Source of the DNA: Escherichia coli
GTDB taxonomy: Bacteria; Pseudomonadota; Gammaproteobacteria; Enterobacterales; Enterobacteriaceae
Direction: 5' to 3' (one strand)
Length of the DNA stretch: 64,000 bases
NCBI RefSeq assembly: GCF_051903065.1
Contig: NZ_CP178438.1
The position numbers and the translations under genes were made by a program. Positions 25,398-33,824 of the stretch are shown here, piece by piece. The notes under the pieces are model-generated. The model ran no database searches. It saw nothing but the letters and a program-made list of their open reading frames with translations, and had not been told where the DNA came from. How positions within the stretch are numbered: the first letter of the stretch is position 1; each line of letters opens with the position of its first letter.

Positions 25398-25796
25398 CGC
25401 CATCAGCCTTTTCTTTAAAGACATATTATCTTTGTATCATTTCTGATAGTTAACATTACAAGATATAAGTAATGGACGCACTCCCAATTAGTCTATTTAA
25501 ATCGCCACGAGTTTAACTGACAACCCATGATCAATTATGAATTGCAACTATTTCTGTAGTCACTTTTGTGGGGACAGTCCACAAAACTGCCAACTTCCGC
25601 TTCTTGCTCTTAGCGGACATTAGCATAGGCTATTTACCATAACGCCTCATTACGCACACCGCCCAGACTGACTCAGCGCGTTTCTGGCATATCCCCGGTA
25701 AAACAAGTAACAAACCACCCGAAAATGAACACCAGAAACGCGACTTAAGAATCTACCCTATGAATGGATATGCACTCAACCGAATCGATCTTGGTT

Positions 25797-27110
25797 TCAA
25801 TCTTTTTTATCGGGATCAGGCTTCTTTTTAGGTAACTTCGGGGGCTTAACTTGCTGATGACTTTGCGTTCGGCGCGTAAGCCAGGGATGGTCAGCTTTAG
25901 GTTTAACATAGTATTTTGAGCGTAAATCAATACGGGCATTATCCACTCGTTCATGGACACTCTTTTCATCATCCGGTGGTATAGGCTCCGGGCCATCAAC
26001 ATACTTTTCCCAGCCCAGCGCTTTCCCGTCATACAGAACGTTAATTTCACCGTCAAAGTTCTCGCATACAGTAACAACCGAATGCCTAAGTCGATATCCC
26101 CGGCCCTCACTGCGTACCTGAAACGCACTGCTTTTGTACTGGAAAGTGAGATTTTTAGACAGAACGCGCTTCGCCTGTAGGCTGAAGATATAACCCAGTT
26201 CCTCTTCAGAATGGTGCACATCAAGATGAGCATTATCAGTAGTACGAGGCGACGTAGCGAACCGGTTGTTATAGGCTTCAATAAAGGTCGGCAACCATGC
26301 ATTTGCTGTTTCAATATCACTGATATTCTGAAGCCGCATTTCTTTGACCAGCCTGTCCTGTAGTGTCTGATTGGCGCGCTCTACCCGCCCTTTTGCCTGC
26401 GGGCTGTTGGCATGGATTGGCTCGATGCCCAGTGTCTTTATCGCACGAGTGAACTGGGTCAGCTCACCTTCCCGCTCTGGGTTATTTACCCTGAATATAC
26501 TGTGTCTATCAGAGTAGAGAGCGAGCGGTACGCCATGATCATTAAGGTAACCCCGGAGGGTTTCCATGTAAGCCCGGGTTGTTTCAGCAGGCACAAAACG
26601 CAACGCCATCAACGCACTGGTGGCATCATCAATGAAAACGATCAGTGTACATCTGGGGCCTCGATTTTCAAACCAGTCATGAGATGAGCCATCAATCTGG
26701 ATCAGTTCACCGTAAGATGGTCGTCGCATGCGGCGTTGATATATACGGGCAATTTTACGACGGCGTTCACGCCATAACCCCTCTTCTATCATCCACTTTC
26801 TGAGAGTTTCAACGGATAAAGATAAACCGTGTATCTCGCGCAATTTTTCGCACGCAAACGTAGGTCCAAAATCAGCGTAACGGCCTTTGAGGAGTGAAAT
26901 TACTGTTGCTCTGAATTCAGTAGAAAAGGAATTATTAGGACGCTTTCCACGTCGGTGGGAAACCAGACCAGAAGGCCCTTCATTTCTATACCGTTGCACC
27001 AGACGTTTAACCTGCCGAATAGAAATGCCAATGCGTGCCGCAGCTTGTTCCTGAATAATCTGAAGTCGGTGGAGTTCCTTATGACTCATCGTAACAGTCT
27101 CTTTGATCAT
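25797..27110 (-). CDS. DDE transposase/integrase with N-terminal HTH and rve (retroviral-integrase-type) core; IS481/ISNCY-like, family not confirmed
   Basis: 437-aa ORF; motifs ...IQIDGSSHDWF..., ...VFIDDATS..., ...HANSPQAKGRVERANQTLQDRL...; element ends not identified. Confidence 0.7.
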   Translation of the reverse strand: MIKETVTMSHKELHRLQIIQEQAAARIGISIRQVKRLVQRYRNEGPSGLVSHRRGKRPNNSFSTEFRATVISLLKGRYADFGPTFACEKLREIHGLSLSVETLRKWMIEEGLWRERRRKIARIYQRRMRRPSYGELIQIDGSSHDWFENRGPRCTLIVFIDDATSALMALRFVPAETTRAYMETLRGYLNDHGVPLALYSDRHSIFRVNNPEREGELTQFTRAIKTLGIEPIHANSPQAKGRVERANQTLQDRLVKEMRLQNISDIETANAWLPTFIEAYNNRFATSPRTTDNAHLDVHHSEEELGYIFSLQAKRVLSKNLTFQYKSSAFQVRSEGRGYRLRHSVVTVCENFDGEINVLYDGKALGWEKYVDGPEPIPPDDEKSVHERVDNARIDLRSKYYVKPKADHPWLTRRTQSHQQVKPPKLPKKKPDPDKKD

Positions 27111-27444
27111 GAAAAATCCCCCAGAGAATTGTCTGGGGACATTTTAGAATGGTTCAAAGGGGACATTACAGCTTGGTGTTAACAATAGCCTGCTTCTCCG
27201 TGCCTTTCGGCACGTAAGAGGCTAACCTACATGTGTCTAGCATGAAATTGGCCTCAGATTAATGTTAAGCGTCTTGCAGGACGCGTAATGTTAACTGGGG
27301 CTTTTCTCTATCTGCCGTTGGTGTCCATGCCCGAGGCAGATAGCCTCAAGCACCCGCAGTCATTCTACTTAACTAAGATTTCCCCGCAAACCGTTTTTGT
27401 CCAGCACAGTAAATATCCAACTAAACCAATGGAGTTCGCTGTAT

Positions 27445-27624
27445 TTACCGCCAGTATTCAATGCACATGACCGCCATGAACACCCCTAAAAAAAGGGCAT
27501 TTATATATCCAAATATTAATATCAAAACATCAACTTTTTCCATATACCTTGCTGTGAAGATGATGGGCATACATGATGCGAACAACCAGAACGCAACAAA
27601 CAAAAACTGCAATGCGTTTTTCAT
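27445..27624 (-). CDS. small membrane protein, 59 aa, two predicted TM helices, unknown function
   Basis: AGGAGG 4 nt upstream of ATG; MKNALQFLFVAFWLFASCMPIIFTARYMEKVDVLILIFGYINALFLGVFMAVMCIEYWR. Confidence 0.5.
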   Translation of the reverse strand: MKNALQFLFVAFWLFASCMPIIFTARYMEKVDVLILIFGYINALFLGVFMAVMCIEYWR

Positions 27625-27878
27625 TATTCCTCCTACAATCAATGTGCAATTACATTTAAACACACCTCAATTTGGCCGGACATATAAATATCTAAACCAG
27701 AAAAAATCACTTACATAGCGTTACAAACTCTTTAGTCTAAAGGTTCATCGTAAAACATTCCCCATACTTATCAGTCCGTTCCGCGCCAGGTAGCTCATTG
27801 CCTTATCTGGCAACCTGTAATCAGGTTTCCGCTTTTTCAGTTGGCTGGTCGTTTAACCGACATAGTTAATCCATTAAT

Positions 27879-28166
27879 CTAGTTGCCGGATGTTGGTGGA
27901 TTTTCGCGTTTTAGTTGTTCATAAAAGTGCACAGCTTTAACCAGTTCTTCTGATGTAACTGGGACTGGTGAGGCAGTGAATAAGGCCTGAATTTGATAGT
28001 TCGGCCTGTCGTTACAATCCTCTTTTTTCGGTACATATTTCCAGTCACCAGACCACTACTTCCCCTGAAAGTCCGTAACGCCTTTTTTCACGTAGCGATA
28101 TCGCCATGCCACTGGTTTTGCTTGCCCCGCCGTTTCATGCCCTTCCTGATAATTAATCTCGCTCAT
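27879..28166 (-). pseudogene. small prophage ORF (95 codons) interrupted by one in-frame TAG at 28056-28058
   Basis: Hand translation MSEINYQEGHETAGQAKPVAWRYRYVKKGVTDFQGK-TAG-WSGDWKYVPKKEDCNDRPNYQIQALFTASPVPVTSEELVKAVHFYEQLKRENPPTSGN. Confidence 0.45.
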
Positions 28167-28354
28167 TCATCGCCCCACTCATCACAATATGCTTCGACCG
28201 GAGTTTTTCCCGCTTCATAGTCATCACGCTAGGATTCGACATCAGCAGCACTTCCACCGCGTAACTCACCATAGTCCATTAATAGTTCATCCCGCTCTTC
28301 AAAACTGATGTTATATTTAGCTGAACAAAAATCAGCCACTTTGTTCTTCCTCAT
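28163..28354 (-). pseudogene. small prophage ORF (63 codons) interrupted by one in-frame TAG at 28229-28231; stop overlaps next ORF start (ATGA)
   Basis: Hand translation MRKNKVADFCSAKYNISFEERDELLMDYGELRGGSAADVES-TAG-RDDYEAGKTPVEAYCDEWGDE. Confidence 0.45.
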
Positions 28355-28403
28355 CGTCTTTTATTTCGTGGTATGAGTAATTGCAGTAGTTAAAGAAAAT
28401 TTC

Positions 28404-28514
28404 TTATGCTCCGTCATGAATTTCCTCAGGTGTTGCGTCATCGTCCACTTCGAATACATCCTCAAAATCTCCACCAGCTATTCCCGTTTCAATAATAATT
28501 TTGAACTTTCGCAT
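28404..28514 (-). CDS. possible small acidic ORF (36 aa) at head of degenerate small-gene cluster
   Basis: MRKFKIIIETGIAGGDFEDVFEVDDDATPEEIHDGA; may itself be a fragment. Confidence 0.25.
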   Translation of the reverse strand: MRKFKIIIETGIAGGDFEDVFEVDDDATPEEIHDGA

Positions 28515-28776
28515 TTCACTACCGCCCTTTCGGGCGGCCTCCTGATGTTCTGAGGGTGCAGAAATCCATCCGGTTAAGGATTAAATTTTATTTACAGAAC
28601 TGAATTTAATTATTCAGATATACGTATCTGTAGCCTTACGAATCTACTCACTGGATGCCTCTTTCATAAAAATAATCCAGTGGGTTTTATCGTTTTTTCC
28701 CTGTTCGTTGACAGATAACAGGTTTTCTGTCTGTCAGTGCCAGAATCTGGCTTACCGGTATTTGCGTTTCATTCCA

Positions 28777-29133
28777 TTAAAAAATCAGAACGCCGTGCGG
28801 CCTCAACACCCGAAAGGCTTCTTTAAATCTCTGTCGCGAATCATCACGCCAGGCATCTTTATTCAGCCGTCCATATTTCTTTCCCATCCAGGCGTTATCA
28901 CCAACACTCTCAAGATGCGGAGGGTCTAATACAACCATCGAAAAAGATGCGTCTGCAAATGATAATGCACGAAAATCTGCGATAATGTCAGGGCTGATAA
29001 TCAAGCGTCTCCCATTGCGTAATGTGTATCCTTCTTTTCTGATATCGCTGAATATCGCCCGTTCGTCAGACTTATCGAACCAGAACATGCGGCTGCCACA
29101 GCACATATCAAGAATGGTTGCCGGTGCACTCAC
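28777..29133 (-). CDS. SAM-dependent methyltransferase-like protein, probably truncated (118 aa)
   Basis: Motif I-like LDMCCGSRM and motif IV-like VVLDPPH; ORF too short for a complete DNA methyltransferase. Confidence 0.5.
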   Translation of the reverse strand: MSAPATILDMCCGSRMFWFDKSDERAIFSDIRKEGYTLRNGRRLIISPDIIADFRALSFADASFSMVVLDPPHLESVGDNAWMGKKYGRLNKDAWRDDSRQRFKEAFRVLRPHGVLIF

Positions 29134-29552
29134 TGCGCCACGTCCTGAAAATTACCCTGATAGAAAGCCAGTATGCGCTGCATAACTTCGCTCTTCCGGC
29201 ACTCGCGACAGATTATGTTTAGGCGACTGTCGTAGCGACGTATTTCTCCGTCAGGTGATGACCAGATAAGGTCCGGATCAACCACAGCAGGTTTCTTCAC
29301 CTTTGCCCTCGAGAGTTTTTTGCGGGCGTTTTGCCAGTCCTTACGCGCCTGTTCAGAGGGGAATAACCCGTAGCCGGAGTTGTATACATCGCCACTGGCT
29401 ACCAGCTCTCTGGCAAGAACGCTCATCAGATATCTAGTCGCACCTGTTTTAGCTTCCAGTTGCCGTAACGTCTCACGGCCGCTCTGGCGCACGAGTTCCA
29501 CCACCTGCCATTTAATTTTTTCCCGCTCTTCTTGTGTAAAAACTTTTGCCAC
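29130..29552 (-). CDS. hypothetical protein (140 aa), translationally coupled to downstream methyltransferase-like gene
   Basis: Stop overlaps next start (ATGA at 29130-29133); HTH-like segment TLRQLEAKTGATRYLMSVLARELV. Confidence 0.5.
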   Translation of the reverse strand: MAKVFTQEEREKIKWQVVELVRQSGRETLRQLEAKTGATRYLMSVLARELVASGDVYNSGYGLFPSEQARKDWQNARKKLSRAKVKKPAVVDPDLIWSSPDGEIRRYDSRLNIICRECRKSEVMQRILAFYQGNFQDVAQ

Positions 29553-29592
29553 AAGTCCCCCTTAAAATTACCTCATGACCTGAAATCAACAC

Positions 29593-30558
29593 TTATCCTC
29601 TGAAACCAGGCGGAATTTCTGTATCCGGTTCAGAAATATGATTAACACAACGCTGTACAGGTGAACGTCCCAGGCGGATGACCAGTTCGTCCCATTTTTC
29701 GAGGAGCTTTGACGGGCTCATGATGTTTTTTACCCAGAATGGATCTCGCTGAACCCGACCAAACATTTCGCAAATTTGTCTGTGGCTTCTGCCATCCAGC
29801 ATCCGCATTGTGCGCACGTCATTGGCCCAGGCAGTCCAGTTAGGCTCTTTTGGTCGCATGATCTCGCCATCATCACTGGCTGCCTGTTCGTAGAGACCCA
29901 CGATCCGCCCCCAGATCCACTGCGCACACGCCAAATCCTCCCTGCTACCCCACTGGCGTTTTTTCGCACTAAACACAACCGCGTCGGAGTTCCGGGTTAA
30001 AAAATCCTGTTCAGTCGTCTGCGGGTCCGGTTGCGAAGCTTCCGGACGAAAAGTGTTTTTATTCTCTGTAGTAATCTCTGTTGTATTCTCTGTAAGATCA
30101 TCAGGCCATTTTGACCCGATGACATTGGGTCGTTTTGAACCAATGGAGCGTTTCATTTTGACCTCTTCCATCGTGTCATTTTGACCTGATGGAGCGGCGC
30201 ATTTTGAACCGATGGATTCGCTCAATTTGCCACCATCTAAAAGCTCGCTCCCATAGTTGATCGTGTAGAAATTGGTCATATCGCGCTTTGATTTATTGAG
30301 CTTTTCACAACGCAAAAGCCCCAGCGTTTTCAGACTTGCAAACGCGCGCTTTAACGTTGACTCTGACCAGAATGGGAACTGTTCCAGCCATTGTTCCGTT
30401 GTGTTATAAATCCAGCGAACACCATCACATTCCATGCCGGAGTTGGTATCTCTCAACCAGTAGTGCAGTTGTTGCAAAACAATGGCTTCGTTTAAGCCAA
30501 TTTTCATTGCCAGCTGCGTGTTTATAACCAGTGGGCGTTCAGCAAAAAGAAGGCTCAT
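29593..30558 (-). CDS. lambda O-like replication initiation protein
   Basis: ORF 29593-30612 (start probably Met at 30558); C-terminal region ...WANDVRTMRMLDGRSHRQICEMFG... resembles lambda gpO; iterons inside gene. Confidence 0.75.
   Translation of the reverse strand: MSLLFAERPLVINTQLAMKIGLNEAIVLQQLHYWLRDTNSGMECDGVRWIYNTTEQWLEQFPFWSESTLKRAFASLKTLGLLRCEKLNKSKRDMTNFYTINYGSELLDGGKLSESIGSKCAAPSGQNDTMEEVKMKRSIGSKRPNVIGSKWPDDLTENTTEITTENKNTFRPEASQPDPQTTEQDFLTRNSDAVVFSAKKRQWGSREDLACAQWIWGRIVGLYEQAASDDGEIMRPKEPNWTAWANDVRTMRMLDGRSHRQICEMFGRVQRDPFWVKNIMSPSKLLEKWDELVIRLGRSPVQRCVNHISEPDTEIPPGFRG
30105..30240. repeat. iteron array (5-6 copies, ~23-24 bp period) inside O-like gene: candidate replication origin
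   Basis: Repeated CATTTTGACC/CGTTTTGAACC...GATGGA units at ~30107, 30131, 30154, 30177, 30201, 30224; flanked by AT-rich TCTCTGT repeats. Confidence 0.7.
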
Positions 30559-31060
30559 AATTCCATCCAGCTTTTTGTTGGTATTGCTGTCGATACGCAA
30601 GTTTGAAAGCAATTGCTTTTTCTATAAGTTCGTCAGTTTCACGATCCACTACGGCAGGATCAGCAAAAAGCAGTCCGGACTCCACCACATCGCCATATTC
30701 TTTGTTTAACCCGGCGATCATGCACGTGATGCTTTTTCCGTCAGTAATTTCACGATACAACCTGAAATCATTAATCCGGATAGCCTCCATAATTGCAGGC
30801 ACTAGCGCCGTGAACTTTTCACGCTTATCCCTGGTGTCGATAGCCTTCCAGCGTTCAAATATCTTCACTCGATTAACGCCAAGCGCTCGCTGATCAATCG
30901 CGCCACCTTCATATGTGACACGCTGAACATCGATGTTCGGGCGCTCTTTCAAAGCCCAGAATGCTTCAGTGATTAATATCGTCGCCTGCTCCTGTGTCAT
31001 TCCTGGTCGACATATCCAGGCATCCAGAGCCTCACGAGCCTGTTCAGGAGTGATTTTCAT
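30539..31060 (-). CDS. YdaT-like protein (cII-position regulator analog)
   Basis: 173-aa ORF downstream of cro-like dicC; ...DKREKFTALVPAIMEAI... resembles Rac YdaT by memory. Confidence 0.55.
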   Translation of the reverse strand: MKITPEQAREALDAWICRPGMTQEQATILITEAFWALKERPNIDVQRVTYEGGAIDQRALGVNRVKIFERWKAIDTRDKREKFTALVPAIMEAIRINDFRLYREITDGKSITCMIAGLNKEYGDVVESGLLFADPAVVDRETDELIEKAIAFKLAYRQQYQQKAGWNYEPSFC

Positions 31061-31274
31061 TGTTCAACCGCCCCGCCCGCTTCGTCTTACGATATTCATC
31101 ATAAACTTTGGGATCATACTGAAGCTCCCCGCCAGATGCCTCCTGTAGACGCATCGCGCGACCTTCGGGAACTAAATCCCCTTTCCAGCTATAAAGCGAA
31201 GCCAAACGAATACCTGCTGCTTGTGCAAGTTTTGTTTTTGAACCGAAATACAAAAGAGCGTCAGTTTTAAGCAT
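31044..31274 (-). CDS. dicC: Cro-like repressor DicC
   Basis: 76-aa ORF MLKTDALLYFGSKTKLAQAAGIRLASLYSWKG...; divergent from dicA. Confidence 0.85.
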   Translation of the reverse strand: MLKTDALLYFGSKTKLAQAAGIRLASLYSWKGDLVPEGRAMRLQEASGGELQYDPKVYDEYRKTKRAGRLNNENHS

Positions 31275-31357
31275 TTAAAACACCTTTATTGTTAGCCATA
31301 ACTAACAAGATAGATGTTAACAAAAACATAGTCAATACGATTTAGCATTAGCTAACT

Positions 31358-31765
31358 ATGGAAACAAAAAATTTAACTATCGGCGAACGCATCAGGTATC
31401 GTCGGAAAAACCTCAAACACACCCAAAGGTCTCTTGCTAAAGCCCTGAAAATCTCCCATGTGTCTGTATCACAATGGGAACGGGGTGATAGTGAACCTAC
31501 AGGGAAGAACCTTTTTGCCCTCAGCAAAGTATTGCAATGCTCACCAACATGGATTCTATTTGGCGATGAAGACAAGCAACCAACACCACCTGTTGAGAAG
31601 CCAGTTGCCTTATCCCCCAAAGAACTAGAGCTCCTTGAGCTGTTTAATGCACTGCCAGAATCAGAACAGGATACCCAGCTCGCCGAAATGCGAGCTCGAG
31701 TAAAAAACTTCAATAAACTCTTTGAAGAATTACTAAAAGCCCGTCAGCGGACAAATAAAAGATAA
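31358..31765 (+). CDS. dicA: CI-like repressor DicA (HTH_XRE)
   Basis: 135-aa ORF METKNLTIGERIRYRRKNLKHTQRSLAKALKISHVSVSQWERG... Confidence 0.9.
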   Translation: METKNLTIGERIRYRRKNLKHTQRSLAKALKISHVSVSQWERGDSEPTGKNLFALSKVLQCSPTWILFGDEDKQPTPPVEKPVALSPKELELLELFNALPESEQDTQLAEMRARVKNFNKLFEELLKARQRTNKR

Positions 31766-31931
31766 CATCATCAATGAGTTATCTTTTACCACATCAATTA
31801 TGTTAGCTATAGCATACAAAATCACTTGACCGATATGTTAGTCATGGCTAATCTTGTTTGCATCAACACACCGCACGGTGTTCTCAGCAAACAGTTCCGC
31901 TACCCCAGCGTTAAGGGGAAATGAGGTCAGC

Positions 31932-32087
31932 ATGGATACTATCGATCTTGGCAACAACGAATCTCTGGTGTACGGCGTGTTTCCAAACCAGGACGGCACG
32001 TTCACCGCAATGACGTATACCAAAAGCAAAACGTTTAAAACCGAAAATGGTGCCCGTCGCTGGCTGGAAAGAAACTCAGGTGAGTGA
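31932..32087 (+). CDS. ydfA: small prophage protein YdfA
   Basis: ORF 31854-32087; likely start MDTIDLGNNESLVYGVFPNQDG... Confidence 0.7.
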   Translation: MDTIDLGNNESLVYGVFPNQDGTFTAMTYTKSKTFKTENGARRWLERNSGE

Positions 32088-32088
32088 T

Positions 32089-32217
32089 ATGGATTTCGAC
32101 ACAATCATGGAAAAGGCTTACGAAGAATACTTCGAAGGCCTTGCCGAAGGCGAAGAAGCTCTCAGCTTCAGTGAGTTTAAACAGGCGCTTTCCAGTTCGG
32201 CAAAATCTAACGGCTGA
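32089..32217 (+). CDS. ydfB: small prophage protein YdfB (42 aa)
   Basis: Hand translation MDFDTIMEKAYEEYFEGLAEGEEALSFSEFKQALSSSAKSNG. Confidence 0.7.
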   Translation: MDFDTIMEKAYEEYFEGLAEGEEALSFSEFKQALSSSAKSNG

Positions 32218-32246
32218 TAAGCGAAACAGCACCGCGAGGAATCAGT

Positions 32247-32465
32247 ATGCAGAAACGAGAACCCGTCATCATCGCGCCAGACTATACCGATGATGAACTT
32301 TATGAGTGGATGCGCCAGAAAATTAATGCAGCGCAGGATCTGAAATGGGCTAATGAAGCCAGGGCTAAGCAGGCTGAAAATCTGTCCGCTCTGGAGCAGG
32401 ATATCACCAATCTGGAAAAAGCAGCGGCATTAAGCATTGCCAGAATGATTACATACCCGCGTTAG
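32247..32465 (+). CDS. ydfC: small prophage protein YdfC
   Basis: 72-aa ORF MQKREPVIIAPDYTDDELYEWMRQKINAAQDLK... Confidence 0.8.
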   Translation: MQKREPVIIAPDYTDDELYEWMRQKINAAQDLKWANEARAKQAENLSALEQDITNLEKAAALSIARMITYPR

Positions 32466-32805
32466 TAGCTAATCAACAAAGCTAAGGTTAGTAATTAAGG
32501 AGTTCTCCACGGGTGAGGTGGAGTGCGTGCGCCGGACACGGGTGCGCATCCGGAACTGACAGTTTACTGAAAGGATATTTCCCTGAAAAGTCAGACCATA
32601 ACGCGAAAGCGCACGGCGAGGTAGCTGGTTCATAGATAGCCTGTCGTTAAATTTTCATCGACCGTGCGCTTCCGGTTGTGGCAACCCGCGAAATGGCGCG
32701 GCGGTAAGTATGGCGGGGTTATTCCTTCCCCGTTGAGGACACCGGGTTGTCAGGTTGACCATACGCTTAAGTGACAACCCCGCTGCAACGCCCTCTGTTA
32801 TCAAT

Positions 32806-32863
32806 TTTCTGGTGACGTTTGGCGGTATCAGTTTTACTCCGTGACTGCTCTGCCGCCCTTTTT
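32806..32863 (+). ncRNA. dicF: DicF small regulatory RNA (ftsZ-targeting)
   Basis: TTTCTGGTGACGTTTGGCGGTATCAGTTTTACTCCGTGACTGCTCTGCCGCCCTTTTT matches remembered DicF with intrinsic terminator; ends approximate. Confidence 0.8.
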
Positions 32864-33032
32864 AAAGTGAATTTTGTGATGTGGTGAATGCGGCTGAGCG
32901 CACGCGGAACAGTTAAAACCAAAAACAGTGTTATGGGTGGATTCTCTGTATCCGGCGTTAATTGTTAACTGGTTAACGTCACCTGGAGGCACCAGGCACT
33001 GCATCACAAAATTCATTGTTGAGGACGCGATA

Positions 33033-33056
33033 ATGAAAACGTTATTACCAAACGTT
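33033..33056 (+). pseudogene. dicB: dicB (cell-division inhibitor) first 8 codons only; interrupted by IS1
   Basis: ATG AAA ACG TTA TTA CCA AAC GTT (MKTLLPNV) then IS1 left end at 33057. Confidence 0.75.
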
Positions 33057-33071
33057 GGTAATGACTCCAAC

Positions 33072-33575
33072 TTATTGATAGTGTTTTATGTTCAGATAAT
33101 GCCCGATGACTTTGTCATGCAGCTCCACCGATTTTGAGAACGACAGCGACTTCCGTCCCAGCCGTGCCAGGTGCTGCCTCAGATTCAGGTTATGCCGCTC
33201 AATTCGCTGCGTATATCGCTTGCTGATTACGTGCAGCTTTCCCTTCAGGCGGGATTCATACAGCGGACAGCCATCCGTCATCCATATCACCACGTCAAAG
33301 GGTGACAGCAGGCTCATAAGACGCCCCAGCGTCGCCATAGTGCGTTCACCGAATACGTGCGCAACAACCGTCTTCCGGAGCCTGTCATACGCGTAAAACA
33401 GCCAGCGCTGGCGCGATTTAGCCCCGACATAGCCCCACTGTTCGTCCATTTCCGCGCAGACGATGACGTCACTGCCCGGCTGTATGCGCGAGGTTACCGA
33501 CTGCGGCCTGAGTTTTTTAAGTGACGTAAAATCGTGTTGAGGCCAACGCCCATAATGCGGGCTGTTGCCCGGCAT
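33072..33575 (-). CDS. insB: IS1 InsB (expressed as InsAB' by frameshift)
   Basis: 167-aa ORF overlapping insA 3' end. Confidence 0.9.
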
Positions 33576-33769
33576 CCAACGCCATTCATGGCCATATCAA
33601 TGATTTTCTGGTGCGTACCGGGTTGAGAAGCGGTGTAAGTGAACTGCAGTTGCCATGTTTTACGGCAGTGAGAGCAGAGATAGCGCTGATGTCCGGCGGT
33701 GCTTTTGCCGTTACGCACCACCCCGTCAGTAGCTGAACAGGAGGGACAGCTGATAGAAACAGAAGCCAC
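33494..33769 (-). CDS. insA: IS1 InsA
   Basis: 91-aa [46 protein letters not shown]... Confidence 0.9.
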
Positions 33770-33824
33770 TGGAGCACCTCAAAAACACCATCATACACTA
33801 AATCAGTAAGTTGGCAGCATCACC

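Larger units (their letters stand above)
33057..33824 (-). mobile_element. IS1 insertion sequence, 768 bp
   Basis: Ends GGTAATGACTCC... and ...GGCAGCATCACC; insA and insB ORFs on minus strand; flanks CCAAACGTT / GCAAAACAG differ (no target duplication). Confidence 0.9.

Noticed and set aside
25745-26320. 191-aa minus-strand ORF
   Set aside because: Alternative frame inside the 437-aa transposase ORF, which carries the recognisable DDE motifs.
27111-27200. Candidate terminal inverted repeat of the rve-type element
   Set aside because: Similar motifs at the two ends are in direct rather than inverted orientation; the ends could not be assigned.
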